Positions 41,958 to 53,500 of a stretch of 64,000 nucleotides of DNA are shown here, in pieces. Under the pieces are notes generated by a model, which saw nothing but the letters and a program-made list of their open reading frames with translations, was not told where the DNA came from and ran no database searches. Position numbers and translations under genes: made by a program. Source of the DNA: a virus. Taxonomy: Duplodnaviria > Caudoviricetes. The stretch spans positions 1 through 64,000 of the IMG/VR virus record IMGVR_UViG_3300020576_003495. The stretch is one strand, 5' to 3'. Each line of letters starts with the position of its first letter. Positions within the stretch are counted from its first letter, which is position 1.

Positions 41958-42203
41958 TTACTTGCAGCGGCGTTTCAGTTCGGCTTTGACAGCTTTAGCT
42001 GTCTCACCACGCCATGTCCCCGCGTTATTCAGGAAGTAGAGGACGATGCTCTTGGCACTATCGCAACCGTACTTGTCTTCGATGTTGATAATTTCAATCA
42101 TCGCTTGCAGATAGGGTTTAGCCGCAGGATGAACTTTATCCCCCCAATCCTTGCGGATGAGTTGAGCCAGTTGGTAGATCGTCAGTTCTTTAAGGTTTTC
42201 CAT
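41958..42203 (-). CDS. conserved phage hypothetical protein
   Basis: I.KDW..V..AAKPYL.AM..YFL.NA..WRGE.AK.VKAEL. Confidence 0.75.
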   Translation of the reverse strand: MENLKELTIYQLAQLIRKDWGDKVHPAAKPYLQAMIEIINIEDKYGCDSAKSIVLYFLNNAGTWRGETAKAVKAELKRRCK

Positions 42204-42205
42204 GA

Positions 42206-42628
42206 TTAGTCCTTCACAATAAACGGCTTGTCCCACTCACCGACTTTAAGGTCGACGTAAAATCCACACTCGAAATAATCCGTTTGAATATCCGAGTTGT
42301 CATAGTTGCCGGTATTCAGCACCTTCAGGATTTTCTGAAAGACTTCTTTGTTTTCCAGCATCATAGGTTCGTGATACACGTTAACGCTGAAGTTGTCTTC
42401 TGCTAGCCTATCCCGCCCGACGTAGTTTTGACTATCGGCTCGATAGCCGGGGTTCTTAGCGTACACCGCACGGTTATGCTCATCAATCAAATCAACCGGC
42501 GCTGAACGAATAGTCATTACGAGGGTACTGTGGTGCCTCACGCCCAAGCTGTACTTCCAACCTTTCGGGACGACCTTTTTCAGTTGTTCCGCAATTTCCT
42601 TCTTTTTCTCTTGGCTCATGTAAGCCAT
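42206..42628 (-). CDS. LPD29-like phage protein
   Basis: YDNSDIQTDYF..FY motif; GGAGG RBS. Confidence 0.65.
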   Translation of the reverse strand: MAYMSQEKKKEIAEQLKKVVPKGWKYSLGVRHHSTLVMTIRSAPVDLIDEHNRAVYAKNPGYRADSQNYVGRDRLAEDNFSVNVYHEPMMLENKEVFQKILKVLNTGNYDNSDIQTDYFECGFYVDLKVGEWDKPFIVKD

Positions 42629-42660
42629 TTTGCCCTCCGTGGCAGTTAGTTCATGTAGTA

Positions 42661-42689
42661 ACTATATACTTTATAGCACCGTTTGTCAA
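42661..42689 (-). promoter_or_regulatory. phage sigma70-like promoter (TTGACAAA class)
   Basis: Minus-strand TTGACA-17-TATAGT. Confidence 0.8.
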
Positions 42690-42868
42690 GAGTTACTTTT
42701 GAGTGTTGCTTTTACCGTGATATACCCTTTGGTTTGGATGAGTGCGTAATCCCAATAGTCCTGCGGATGTTGTTCCATGAAGCTAAGAATGTTTTCCGAG
42801 AACAGTTGTGGGTTGTTCTTCACCCAAGTCTTAGAAAACTCCGTTTCTCTGTCTGAATACTGTAGCAT
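42686..42868 (-). CDS. small hypothetical protein
   Basis: 60 aa, CAGGAG RBS on the minus strand. Confidence 0.55.
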   Translation of the reverse strand: MLQYSDRETEFSKTWVKNNPQLFSENILSFMEQHPQDYWDYALIQTKGYITVKATLKSNS

Positions 42869-42899
42869 GTTTAAATTCTCCTGTAGTGTTTGCCAAAAC

Positions 42900-43361
42900 T
42901 TACTTCTTAGGTTTCCCTACTTTGGTCAAGGTTTCTTGGTAGGCCAACGCCAGCTTTACTTGGGCGTCTTTTTCTTCACCCGTGAAGCCTTTACGCACGC
43001 TACTACTCGGGGACAAGTAGCTGATCAGTTTTTTGGTGACGATCTTAACTTGCTGGTATTGACCATCACCACTGTAAACCCCTTGTTCTTTGGCGTTACC
43101 GATGTCAATAGAATCGACTCTGCTGAAGCTGGCTGATGAAAGCACTTCACATAGAACAAGATCACCGACCTTGATTTCATCCGCACGCACTGAGCGTAGC
43201 GCATTAAGGTAGTCTTGGGCAGCACGACCACGTTTGGTCAGCTTGACGCCCTTGCCCCCGCAACCGTAGCAACGATCACCGTGCATCTGGTTGTAGGAGT
43301 AACGTCCTGACCCCCCGCAACGACCGCAGGGGACATTTTCAAATAAAAGGGCTTTGGTCAT
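42900..43361 (-). CDS. CxxCxGxG Zn-finger phage protein
   Basis: CGRCGGSG..CYGCGGKG; ATGA-coupled to the 43358 gene. Confidence 0.7.
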   Translation of the reverse strand: MTKALLFENVPCGRCGGSGRYSYNQMHGDRCYGCGGKGVKLTKRGRAAQDYLNALRSVRADEIKVGDLVLCEVLSSASFSRVDSIDIGNAKEQGVYSGDGQYQQVKIVTKKLISYLSPSSSVRKGFTGEEKDAQVKLALAYQETLTKVGKPKK

Positions 43362-43618
43362 TTGTATCTTTCGTAGCTTCTGATCTTGGATGACTTGTTG
43401 GCGTTGTGGTTGATGAACTTGACAGGGATGTTCCTGTCGCTCAACGCCCTGCAAAGTGCAGACAGGTCACAGTCTTCTTCAAGGTAGACATGCTCCCCAC
43501 GTTGATAGGAATAGCTGGAAATCTTGTCGGCTATGCCCAAGTCGGTAAGCAGCGAGCGCTTTACTTTACCCCAACCGTGTCCGGGGTCAGTGTAGTATTG
43601 GATTGTCTTGATTTTCAT
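43358..43618 (-). CDS. conserved phage/MGE hypothetical protein
   Basis: DPGHGW..V...ISSYSY..YLEEDCD. Confidence 0.75.
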   Translation of the reverse strand: MKIKTIQYYTDPGHGWGKVKRSLLTDLGIADKISSYSYQRGEHVYLEEDCDLSALCRALSDRNIPVKFINHNANKSSKIRSYERYK

Positions 43619-43645
43619 GTATCACTCCGTTGATTAGATAACTAC

Positions 43646-43673
43646 AGTATACAGCAATGACCACGTTTGTCAA
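43646..43673 (-). promoter_or_regulatory. phage sigma70-like promoter (TTGACAAA class)
   Basis: Minus-strand TTGACA-16-TATACT; AACGGAG RBS downstream. Confidence 0.7.
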
Positions 43674-43748
43674 GCTGTTTGTTGTTGCAATTAATTTCAC
43701 GCAAGGGTAAGCTAGCGTTTTTCCCATAACACAACACAGGTGAAGCGC

Positions 43749-44219
43749 ATGGGCGTCAAAGTATCCGATCTATTCCCAGAGAAAACTTTCATACCGATCA
43801 ATGGCGTGAATGTTGAATTGCATCCGCTTTCTTTAACGCAGATTATCCACCTGCTGACGATCTATAGGCAAGACTTGATCATCATGTTTGCTGATAGTGC
43901 TGAGGGGAGCTTGAACTTGGTTTCTCTGGTAGCTACGGCACCCGTAATGGCGGCAGACATTATTGCGTTTGGCATCAACGCCGAAGATCAAATCGCTGAT
44001 ATTCGTGATCTTCCCGGCTTCACTCAAGTAGAACTACTAGCTGGTGTATGGGCAGCGAGCGTGCCTGACCCAAAAAAGCTGATGTCCTTGTTATCCGGGG
44101 CGATGGCAGGGTTGCAGAAAGTCGGAATAAGCCCCAGCCTAGAGCAAGAGCCAGACAGTACCCCTCCCGATACAACATTAGAAACCCTGCCGGAAGCCGC
44201 GCCCGAGTCTACAACCTGA
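43749..44219 (+). CDS. tail assembly chaperone (G)
   Basis: Position before the tape measure; contains a slippery site. Confidence 0.8.
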   Translation: MGVKVSDLFPEKTFIPINGVNVELHPLSLTQIIHLLTIYRQDLIIMFADSAEGSLNLVSLVATAPVMAADIIAFGINAEDQIADIRDLPGFTQVELLAGVWAASVPDPKKLMSLLSGAMAGLQKVGISPSLEQEPDSTPPDTTLETLPEAAPESTT

Positions 44220-44446
44220 TTGAAGACGTAGACGAGTCTTTGGGCAGTGCTGTTGATATGCTGATTGCGGCGGGGCACACCCTGTCTGACATCAAAGAGT
44301 ACAGCGTTAAGCAGATTCAGAAGTTTTCTGAGTTGTTCCGTCTAAGGAACAAGGTGTTTCTGTGCGAGTCCTCTATCTCTATGCGTGCTGCCTACCACGC
44401 AGATGGAAAAGCGTATAAAGCATTTATTGATACTGCGTCAAAATAA
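44069..44446 (+). CDS. tail assembly chaperone -1 frameshift extension (T of G-T)
   Basis: A AAA AAG at 44072-44078; the -1 frame opens right after TGA 44066-44068 and stays open to 44446 (LIAAGH.LSDI.EY). Confidence 0.82.
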   Translation, partial: PKKADVLVIRGDGRVAESRNKPQPRARARQYPSRYNIRNPAGSRARVYNLIEDVDESLGSAVDMLIAAGHTLSDIKEYSVKQIQKFSELFRLRNKVFLCESSISMRAAYHADGKAYKAFIDTASK

Positions 44447-44503
44447 GTTAGGTTAGGTCTGCTTGTGTCAGAATTGCCGTAGATACCGCTCAGGGATTTT
44501 TTC

Positions 44504-47500
44504 ATGGCAATTACGCAAGAAGTACAGATACTGCTTAAGGCAGTTGATGGATTCACCCCCACAGTAAAGAAAATAAACGCGGCTATAGTCGGTCTGGGGG
44601 GAGCCTTTGACGGCATAAAGAAGAATATCGCTGGCGTTGCTGATTTAGTAGCGCGGTTAGAGTCGTCCCTCGTAGGTATAGGCAGGGCTGTAGCCCCTGC
44701 ACTGTCTAGCGTACAGAGCCAGCTTGACGCTATAGCCAGTAGCACAGAAAAAGCAATAGCAGCACCAACAAATAAGGCGTTAGTAAACAAAGCATCAGCT
44801 ACGGCAAATGAGCAAAAAGCCGTGGGTCATGGTGGGGACGCTGTTGGTCACCCTTTCCGTGGGAACCAGTACACCACGGTAGATGCTTCTGGGTTGATTG
44901 TTCCTAGACTGGTAAATAAAGAATCAACCAATTCGTCCAGTGTGATTGAACATCAGACGGTAGTTCAACAAAAGGTTGATAGGAAAGACGAAACCCACGC
45001 AGAGAAGAACACAGCAGCATCGGTTCCTACCGCTACCCAACCAACTGTTCCGGGTCAGGCCGCTCCTGCGGGGTTTATTTCCAAGCTGTTGCAGCATATC
45101 CCCGAACAAGAAGGTCACGCTTCTCCGGGGGCACCTAAAGTCCATGACATACCCGGTGCCAGTGGTGTCCATGCGCTTACAGAGGGTTTTGGTGAACTGA
45201 AAGAAGGTGTTGGTGCGTCCAACGAAGCCCTTGAAAAACTTTCGAATCTAATAAAAGTTTTAGGCAGAGGCTACCTGCTTCTGCAAGGCGTTAAGCTGTT
45301 TGAAGAAATGGCGGGTGAAGCGGCTGAAGTAGAGCGTCTTGGTACCGTGGTTCACATGGTCGGTGCTAATGCAGGATACATGGCGTCAGAAGTAGATGCC
45401 GCCGATAAAAAGGTTCAATCGCTTGGCATTACGGCATCTGCATCACGAACATCCTTGACTGAATTCATCAAGTCTGGCCTTGCTTTGGAAGGTGCGGCTA
45501 AGCTAGCCCGAGCAGCACAAGACTTAGCGGTTATCTCTGGTGAAAATTCTTCCGACACTTTCCGTGGGTTGACTGAAGCGATTAGTGAGCAGTCCATTAT
45601 GATGCTGCGCTGGCGCGGTATCAGTGTGACCAACGAAGAAGCACAACAAAAATTTGCTGCACAGCAAGGACGTTCTGTATCGTCACTAACCGAAGTTGAG
45701 AAGAAACAAGCCCTTCTGAATCTAACATTGGAAAGGGCGGCATCGCTGTCAGGCATTTATGAAGCTGCGATGGGTGACGTGGGGAAACAAGCGTCATCGC
45801 TCGCACGTTATCAGGAAGAAGCTGCGGAGACACTGCAACATGCCATGCTCCCTGCGTATTCTCAGGTGGTTACTGAGCTAACCATTTTCCTGCGCAACTT
45901 ACGGACGTTGACCGAAGAATACAACGCAGCGCACCATGGGTCTACGGGATTCAGTGACGGTGTTGGCCTTGTCGCAAGAAATATTAGAAAGGGTCTTGAA
46001 ACACTCGTTTCCTACCGGCAAGAAATAACCACGCTAGCCAAAGCCTATATTGCCTTTAAAGCGGCTCAGGCTGGTGTCTCATTCTTTGCTAATGCCAAGG
46101 ATACGGCTAAAAAAGGCTTTGGAAATCTCGCTGAAGGTAAATCTTGGGGAGGCAAAGCTAAGGGTGAGTTAGCCCATGACAAAGAACAGGTTGCTACGGA
46201 CGAAGCCAAGGTTAAAGCAACCACGGCACATGCGGCTGCGTCCACGAAAGCTGAAATCGCCATTACAGGCGAAGCAACAGCCACAGGGCGTCTGGCTGGG
46301 GCAGTTAATGCCACAGCGATAGCGTATGAACGGATGGCTGTTTCACGTGCTGCGGCGTTAAAGAATCCGCTGAGCATGGTTGCCGGTGAAGTCCAAAACA
46401 CTAATAAAGCAGCACTGCAAACGACGCCTACAGGGTCTGTAGCACAAAAGACACCCGTTAAAGTGCCAACACAGCCAACTGTATATCCCGTTGATGTTGC
46501 CGCTAAAGTAAAAGCTGTAGAGCGTCCTAAGCAACCCGTCAATATCATGTCGGCTAGTGTTAATGCCGCACTGAATAATCCAAACGGAAATCTTGGATAC
46601 ACGCAATACAACCCTGCGGGTAAATTGGTTAACGATGGGGGCAGTTTCAGCGGACAGCGTGCTAGTGCGGCACTAGGCTATCGCCCACGCCCTGTAGATA
46701 ACGCACTGAGCCTTGTTCCCGTAGTAGCCTCACGCTCCCCAACAAAAGCACCTACAGTCACAGCAGAGGCGTCTGGCGCGTCTAACGTTGCTAACGCTGC
46801 CAGCACCATAGCTCCGGCTGTAATAAGCGCAACAGGCGCTGTAGGGGTGCTAGGAAAGGCATTTACTGTTGTCGGCGGAATCATCAAGGGAATCTGGTCG
46901 CTGCTTGGCGGTATTCCGGGGATAATTATAGGTTTGGCAGGGTATTGGCTTGTCTTTGGTGGGGGTGTTGAAAAGATTGGTAAGGTCTTCGATGTTATTG
47001 CCCACACAGCAATGAACATTAAAGACACCATCCATAGCTGGTTCTCTGGTGACAACGAAAAGAAGGAACAGCTAAAGAACCGTATTGCGGATCGCAACAA
47101 AGCGTATGCTGAATCCCAAAAAGACGAAGCACATCTTGAACTACCTGAGTCCAAGGAATACAGCGGTCTATACAAAACCAAGCGGGACGCCGAAGAAAAG
47201 AAAATATACCTTGAGTACCAACAAGGGAAGATCGTGCAGCAACTCAAGGCATCCTACAACGTAGGTGACCAAGAGAAGTCGGATGAACTCAAGGAACAAA
47301 TCAGAACAGCCAAGGAAGAAGCAAAGGCCGCTAACGAAGCATTAGAAAAGTATGAAGAAGAAAACAAGGACAAGCTGACGCCGGGTGTCAAAAAACTAAT
47401 AACGTCCAAGGCGGATAAGGAAGCCTTCCAAAAGGGCATAGAGAACCAAAACAGGCTGGATGTAACTGATCTACAGAACACGCGGAAACAAACAGGGCAA

Positions 47501-50500
47501 GATCAGACCATCTTCAACTATGGGGCACCTGTGTCTATTGGGTTGATGTCGAACCTGAAAGAAGCACGTCTTGAGGTTGATGCGTTTTCAAAGAATATGT
47601 ATGGCGCTGACGCTAGTATTCAGCGTGTTACTCAAGCCTACGAAAACTTTATTGATTCTGCCAAGACAACAGGGGAAATTATTGTTGCTCAGCGCGAATG
47701 GCAAAAGCTGATAGATGAAAATGCCGCTAAGCTGGATGTTCTTACTCAGCTTAAAGGCGGTGCGTCCAAAGAAAAGGCGGGGGCGTCCCCGAAAGAAGCC
47801 GCTTTGTTTAAGGCAACGTCAGAAAGCATTACGGATGAAGCCAATAAATCGGGGGAAACCCCTGACGAAATTATTGCCAAGCGCATTAAGGCCGCAGAAG
47901 CGTTGAAGAGCGGGTTCACTGATTTTGGCAACCCATTGAAAGCTAGCCAGAAGCGCGAAGAAGAACTCAAGGCAAGCCCTGAAAAAGCCAAAGCGTACTA
48001 TGACGAACTTGTAAAAACAGGGGAAATCAGCAAGGAAGTTGCCACGTCTTTCGACGGTAACCTTGATGGTCAAATTGACCTAGCGCTAGGCCATGCGGCG
48101 GGGCTTACCAAAGAGTTTGAACGGCTTGGGGCGACGGTACAAAGCCTGTCTGCTGAAAAAGCCGCGTTCAACGCTTGGGAATTGGCGATAGATGAGTTAA
48201 CCAAGAAAACAGAGTACTTCGCCAAGCAGATAGCCAAAGTCAAAGAACTCAACGATGCGCAGTTCCAACTAGAAACCAGTGCCCTTAGTGGGGCTGAATT
48301 CAAGGGGGATAAAACGTCTACCGTAATGGCGTCTATTAACGTAGAGGCTGAAAGAATAAAATACGAAAGGGCAATGGCTTACATCAAACTTACGGCTGAC
48401 AAGCGTAAGGCGGTATCCACCGTGTCAACGCAGACAGGTTTGGATAGCGATTCCACCAAGAAAGAAACCACGCTTGCCAACGAAAGAGAGACTTACGAAA
48501 AGTCGCTGAAAGCGTATCGTGAAGAACACAAGGCTGAGATAGAAGGCACGCCAGAAAAAGCAAAAGACTCACATGGCACAGAGGGAAAGAAGAACTCAGG
48601 CTTCTTTAACATCCTAGTCAACGGCTATAACGTCAAAGATGATAAGGTTGTGGCTGGTGTTGTTGAAGCCAAGGAAAAAGGAAAAGTAGAAGTACCGGAA
48701 GCCGCTAAAAAACCAGCAACGCCAGAAGTTAAGGCCGCTACCGCCCCAACTCCCCCTGTTGCTACTACCACGAAGAAAGAAGGGTCAGGGGTAGAGGATG
48801 TTATCCGTAACACAGAAGAAAAGAAAAAAGCACTAGAAGAACGTCTGGTAAAAGAAGGTAAAGGGCGTGAGCTAGAGATTTATACGGCTGAACAGAAACT
48901 TACAGAACTGAAGAAAGCAAAAGACAAAGTTTTGGCTACGGAGTCGGCCAAAACAAAAGAAGACGCGGAAACCAAGGTAGTAGAGCAAGAAAAGAAGGTT
49001 GCAGAGCTAAAAGATGCTTTAGCACGCGACAAGAAATTTGCCAGCGCGGCGTATGTCACTAATCGCCTTGAGTCACTGAACGCTAAGCCTGTAAGTGAAC
49101 TTACTGCGTCAGAAAAGGAAGAAAAAACACAACTTACCCAAGCCAACGCCAAAGGGGTCGACACAACAGGAACGAAGTCGCTCACTCTGGAAGGCACGTC
49201 CAGTGATAAGGCGCAGCTTGATAAGTACAACTTTGTATTAGAAAACGCGGAAAAACAAAAGAAGTCTGAGGATAAGTACAAAAAAGAAGCTGCAACACGA
49301 GAAGACTCAGCGAGTACTAATGCTAAGGAATCTAAAGCCAATCTGGAAGAAAAGGCTGGCATCTCTGCACTTGCGCTGGACGCTGATTCGGCTAAAGATC
49401 GCCTGAAAGTATCGCAGAATTACTACGATGCCCTGCGTAAGCAGTTGGATATTTATTACGCTGGCTACACGGCAAAAGTAGAAAGCATGCGTGATATTCA
49501 CAAAGGGGAAATCGACCTAGCAACCACGCTGGTTAACCAACGGCATGGTGACGTTATTGCTGGCGAGCAAATGAAGTTCAACCCGCTCAAGGAAAATATC
49601 TACTCCGCTGAGGCCGCTCAAGGGCAAGCCAAGTTAGGTGCCGAAGGCGCTAAGTACGAAGAAAACTTGTCGGCCTTGAAAAAGAGTGAAGACAAGCAGA
49701 AAGAGATGGTTAACAAGGGAGATGCTACACCCCACGACAAGCAGTTGCAGCTTAACCAAATCGAAGCCGAAGGCATCACTAAACGGCTTGCTTTGAACAA
49801 GGATTATTTCAGCCAACTCAATAGCTTGCGTGAAGATGCTCTAGCAAAGGCTAAACAACACGCCCAAGCGGCTGTTGATTTCGAGAAGCAGGCACGGGAT
49901 ACGATCCTTGAGGGGAATAAGACGCTACGGGAAATGAACCGTACTAACATGTCTGCCCCAGACAAGTACATAGACCAGAAAAAAGAATACGCTGAAGCCA
50001 TGTCCCGTGGCGAAGAAATGCGCAAAGCGGGTGACTTCAAGGCCGCAGAGAAGCAGTTCCAGAGTGCACAAGGCATGGCTAGCGGACTTCTTAACTCCGA
50101 TGCCGTTGACCCGCTTACAGCTAAACGCGAGGCTATGGAAAGGCACGCTGCTGCGACACAATCTCTAGTGGGTGTGCAGACTGAACAAGGGTCAATAGAG
50201 AGGGCTGGTGAAGCTAGCCAGATGGCTACGGTTCAAAACGTGACGGAAACCATGTCGCGTCTTTCCGAGAGCATGCACGAACTTGCCACAAACGCTGAAG
50301 TCAAGCTGAATCCTAAGCTTGACGAGGCCGCTATTGCTGACATACAAAAACAGCTTAACGGCGTTACTGCGGATCACACGGCTGATATAAAAGTAGCTTT
50401 GAACAACGAAAGCGTAGACGCACTGTACAAATCGGTTCAAGGTGCCCTCGATAATCACACGTTCTCTGTAAACATCGAAGAAGCCAACGTTAAGGGCAGT

Positions 50501-53500
50501 AATAGTAGGTCAGCAAAGTCCACCGATGAGTCTGGTGACAGGATAGCTAAAGCTGATGGTGGGCTTATCCAAGGTGTAGGCACAGGAACATCGGACTCTA
50601 TACCAGCACTGCTATCCCATGGTGAGTTTGTCGTTAAGCGTGACGCAACAGACCACTACGGCACAGAGTTTTTGAGTCTTCTTAATTCTAGGGCGTTACG
50701 CTTTTCTGAAGGTGGTGTGGTTGAAGGGAAGCGTAAAGAGGGAATTGCTGGCTGGTTGTTCCACCAAAAATACACGGCTGAAGACGTAGAGAATTCTAAG
50801 ACCGTCAAGAAGTCTATTCTGAAAGAGTCGCAGCATGAAGACTTGCTAAACCGCGCCTTGTCGTCCGAAACCACCAGAAGGGCGCAAATTGCGCAAGCCG
50901 CAGCGTATTCTAATTATTCTCTGGGTGGTTTGGTTAGCCATTTCGATAGTGGTGGTGATTCAGGAGAATTGCTCCCCGGTCAGGTGATGTACAAAGGAAA
51001 ACCTACTTGGGCTTCTCAAGTGCCGAGTGAACCTAAGAAGAAAGAGGGGTTCTTTGGTTCGTTGTTTAGCAAAGTGGGGAGTACTGACGAAAAGAAACCC
51101 GCTGTAGGGAGCACACATGTAGAACCAGCGCATGCACAGGGAACCGTCCTTGGTAATAAGGATGAACTGCAAAAAGTTGCAAACTACGCTGAAGGCGGTG
51201 ACGTAAAACTTGAACCCGGACAGGTTCTGTACAACGGGAAAGCGGTCTGGGCTTCACAGGTTCCGAGGGATTCTAATAAAAAAGAAGGTTTATTTTCCCG
51301 CATCCTAAACAGCCTGACGCCAAAAGAATCAGAACCGAAATCTGACGACAGCGGCTTCTTAGGTGGTCTTCTTGGTAAGAGCCTAGAATCAGACGACAGG
51401 AGAATGGCGCGGACTGTTGCTGCTGCTAATTACGCTGATGGTGGTGGCGTTGGCGACAGCGCTTCTTGGGGTGGTGAAACAACTCGTTTCAATCGCCTTT
51501 CTTCAGACGAACCTAAGAAGTCGTCTACGACAACGACTTCCACCACAAAAACAATCAACTCAAACACAGGAAGAACTAAAGAAGCTGACGGTCACGGTAT
51601 TTTAGGAAGTGTTGCTAGGCACCTAGAACTGAAAGATATTGTAAAGTCTGGAAGGGCGCTAACCAACGCTGATTTGGCGGCTAAAGACCCGTCTGATAAA
51701 AACGTAGCGGCACCATCGTCTTCTAAAGGGTACAGCGAGGTAAAGGCGTCAGATAACTGGTTTAACGCGCTCAAATCTGCGCACAAGCGCAGCGAAGCCG
51801 AAGATATTTGGAATGAGTATCAGACCGCACGCATCGCACGTAGTAACCACTACGACAATTTCGGCAGTAGCCACACCACGTCTTCTACTGGAACTCGCGT
51901 AACTGCGCGTGACTTGGGGGGTCTGTACGCTTCTGGTGGTGATGTAGTTAATCCTACTCTTGTCAAGTATGCCGGTGGGGGTCTAGTCGGATTTAACACG
52001 GGAACTACACCAGAAAAACTGGCGGAAGCTGAAAAACAAAGACGCCTGACTGCGGGACAACCCGCATCAAACCCCACAGCTACACCTGCGGCTGATCCAA
52101 GCGGGGCTTTGCTGGCAATACAGCTTTCTAAAGGTTGGTCAAACGATCTTGCTGCTGCATCCGCCTATGGACTTGAGCCACTAACACCTAAGTCAGTAAC
52201 TCAAACCGTATCTAATGCCAGTGTTGTCAATACCAATAAAGATGAAGCCACAGTAAAGAGGACTCCTAGCGTTTTGGGTAGCGCTGCAAGGCATACTTCT
52301 TTAGTAGACGCGGTGAAGTCTGGAAGGGCGTTAACTAGCTCTGATTTGGCTGATGATGCTTCTTCGGGAAAAATGGCGGCAGTCGCATCTTCGTCCACAG
52401 GGTACAACGAAGTGAAGGCGTCCGACCAGTGGTTCAATAAGCTGAAATCTAATAGAAAGCGGAGCGAAGCAGAAGAAATTTGGAACGACTATCAATCGGC
52501 GCGTATCCAGAGAAGTAATCACTATGATAACTTCGGAAGTAGCCACACCACATCATCTACAGGAGAGCGAGTAACGGCTCGTGATCTAGGTGGTATGTAT
52601 GCTGAAGGCGGTATTGTAGTTCCCCCAATGCTGTCCCTTATGGACAGGTTTGCTGAAGGTGGTATTGCACAGCGAACGGGTGAGTATTGGGCGCACGATA
52701 ATGAAGAATTCGAAAAATCTCACCCGAACCCGCTACAGCAGCTTGGACGACTGCTAAACCCGATTACCGGGTTTGGGTCAGCACTGGGAACCGTTCACAA
52801 AGCTGCTGGTGAGGGGGATTTATTAGGCTTGGGGATGGGCATACTGGGTGCACTCCCTGTGTTCGGGTCTGCTGTGCACGGCGCGAGGGGGATGAAACTT
52901 ACAGCGGACTTGGTTAAGCGTGCGTCAGAACACACGCTCAAGGATCGCACAAAAGAAATGGTGGCAGAGAACATTAAACACCAGACCCATGCGAGCCTAC
53001 CTATCGGGGACATACTGGAAAGGGTTAAAAGTGTAAGGGGCGAGCTACCAAATCTGAGGAATGCTCCGCGTGCTAAGCGAAACTATGCGCAAGGTGATTC
53101 CAACAGCCTCACTGATTTCATTTCAGATAGCAGCAATATAACCAAAGTCTTAAGTTCTGCTTACGATAAGGACAAGCTTAAAGGCACACGCTACGCTCAA
53201 TTTGCTGAAGGTGGTGATGTTGTTGATCGTATCTTGACCGCATTTGGCCTTAACGGGAGGTTAGACCGCACAGCAGAGTCAGTACTTGGTGGAAAGAAGA
53301 AAATATACGGTGATGCTACCAGTGGGATACGCGGTGCCACGGGCGGGATGGCTACCCCTGACGGGTTTATCAATGCACTGGTGTCACACGGGGAATTCCG
53401 TGTTAACAAAGATGCTGTCTCCCACTACGGTTCAGGTTTGTTTAATGCAATTAACGATATGAGTTATTCTCGTTTTTCTGATGGTGGCCTAGCAGGAGCA

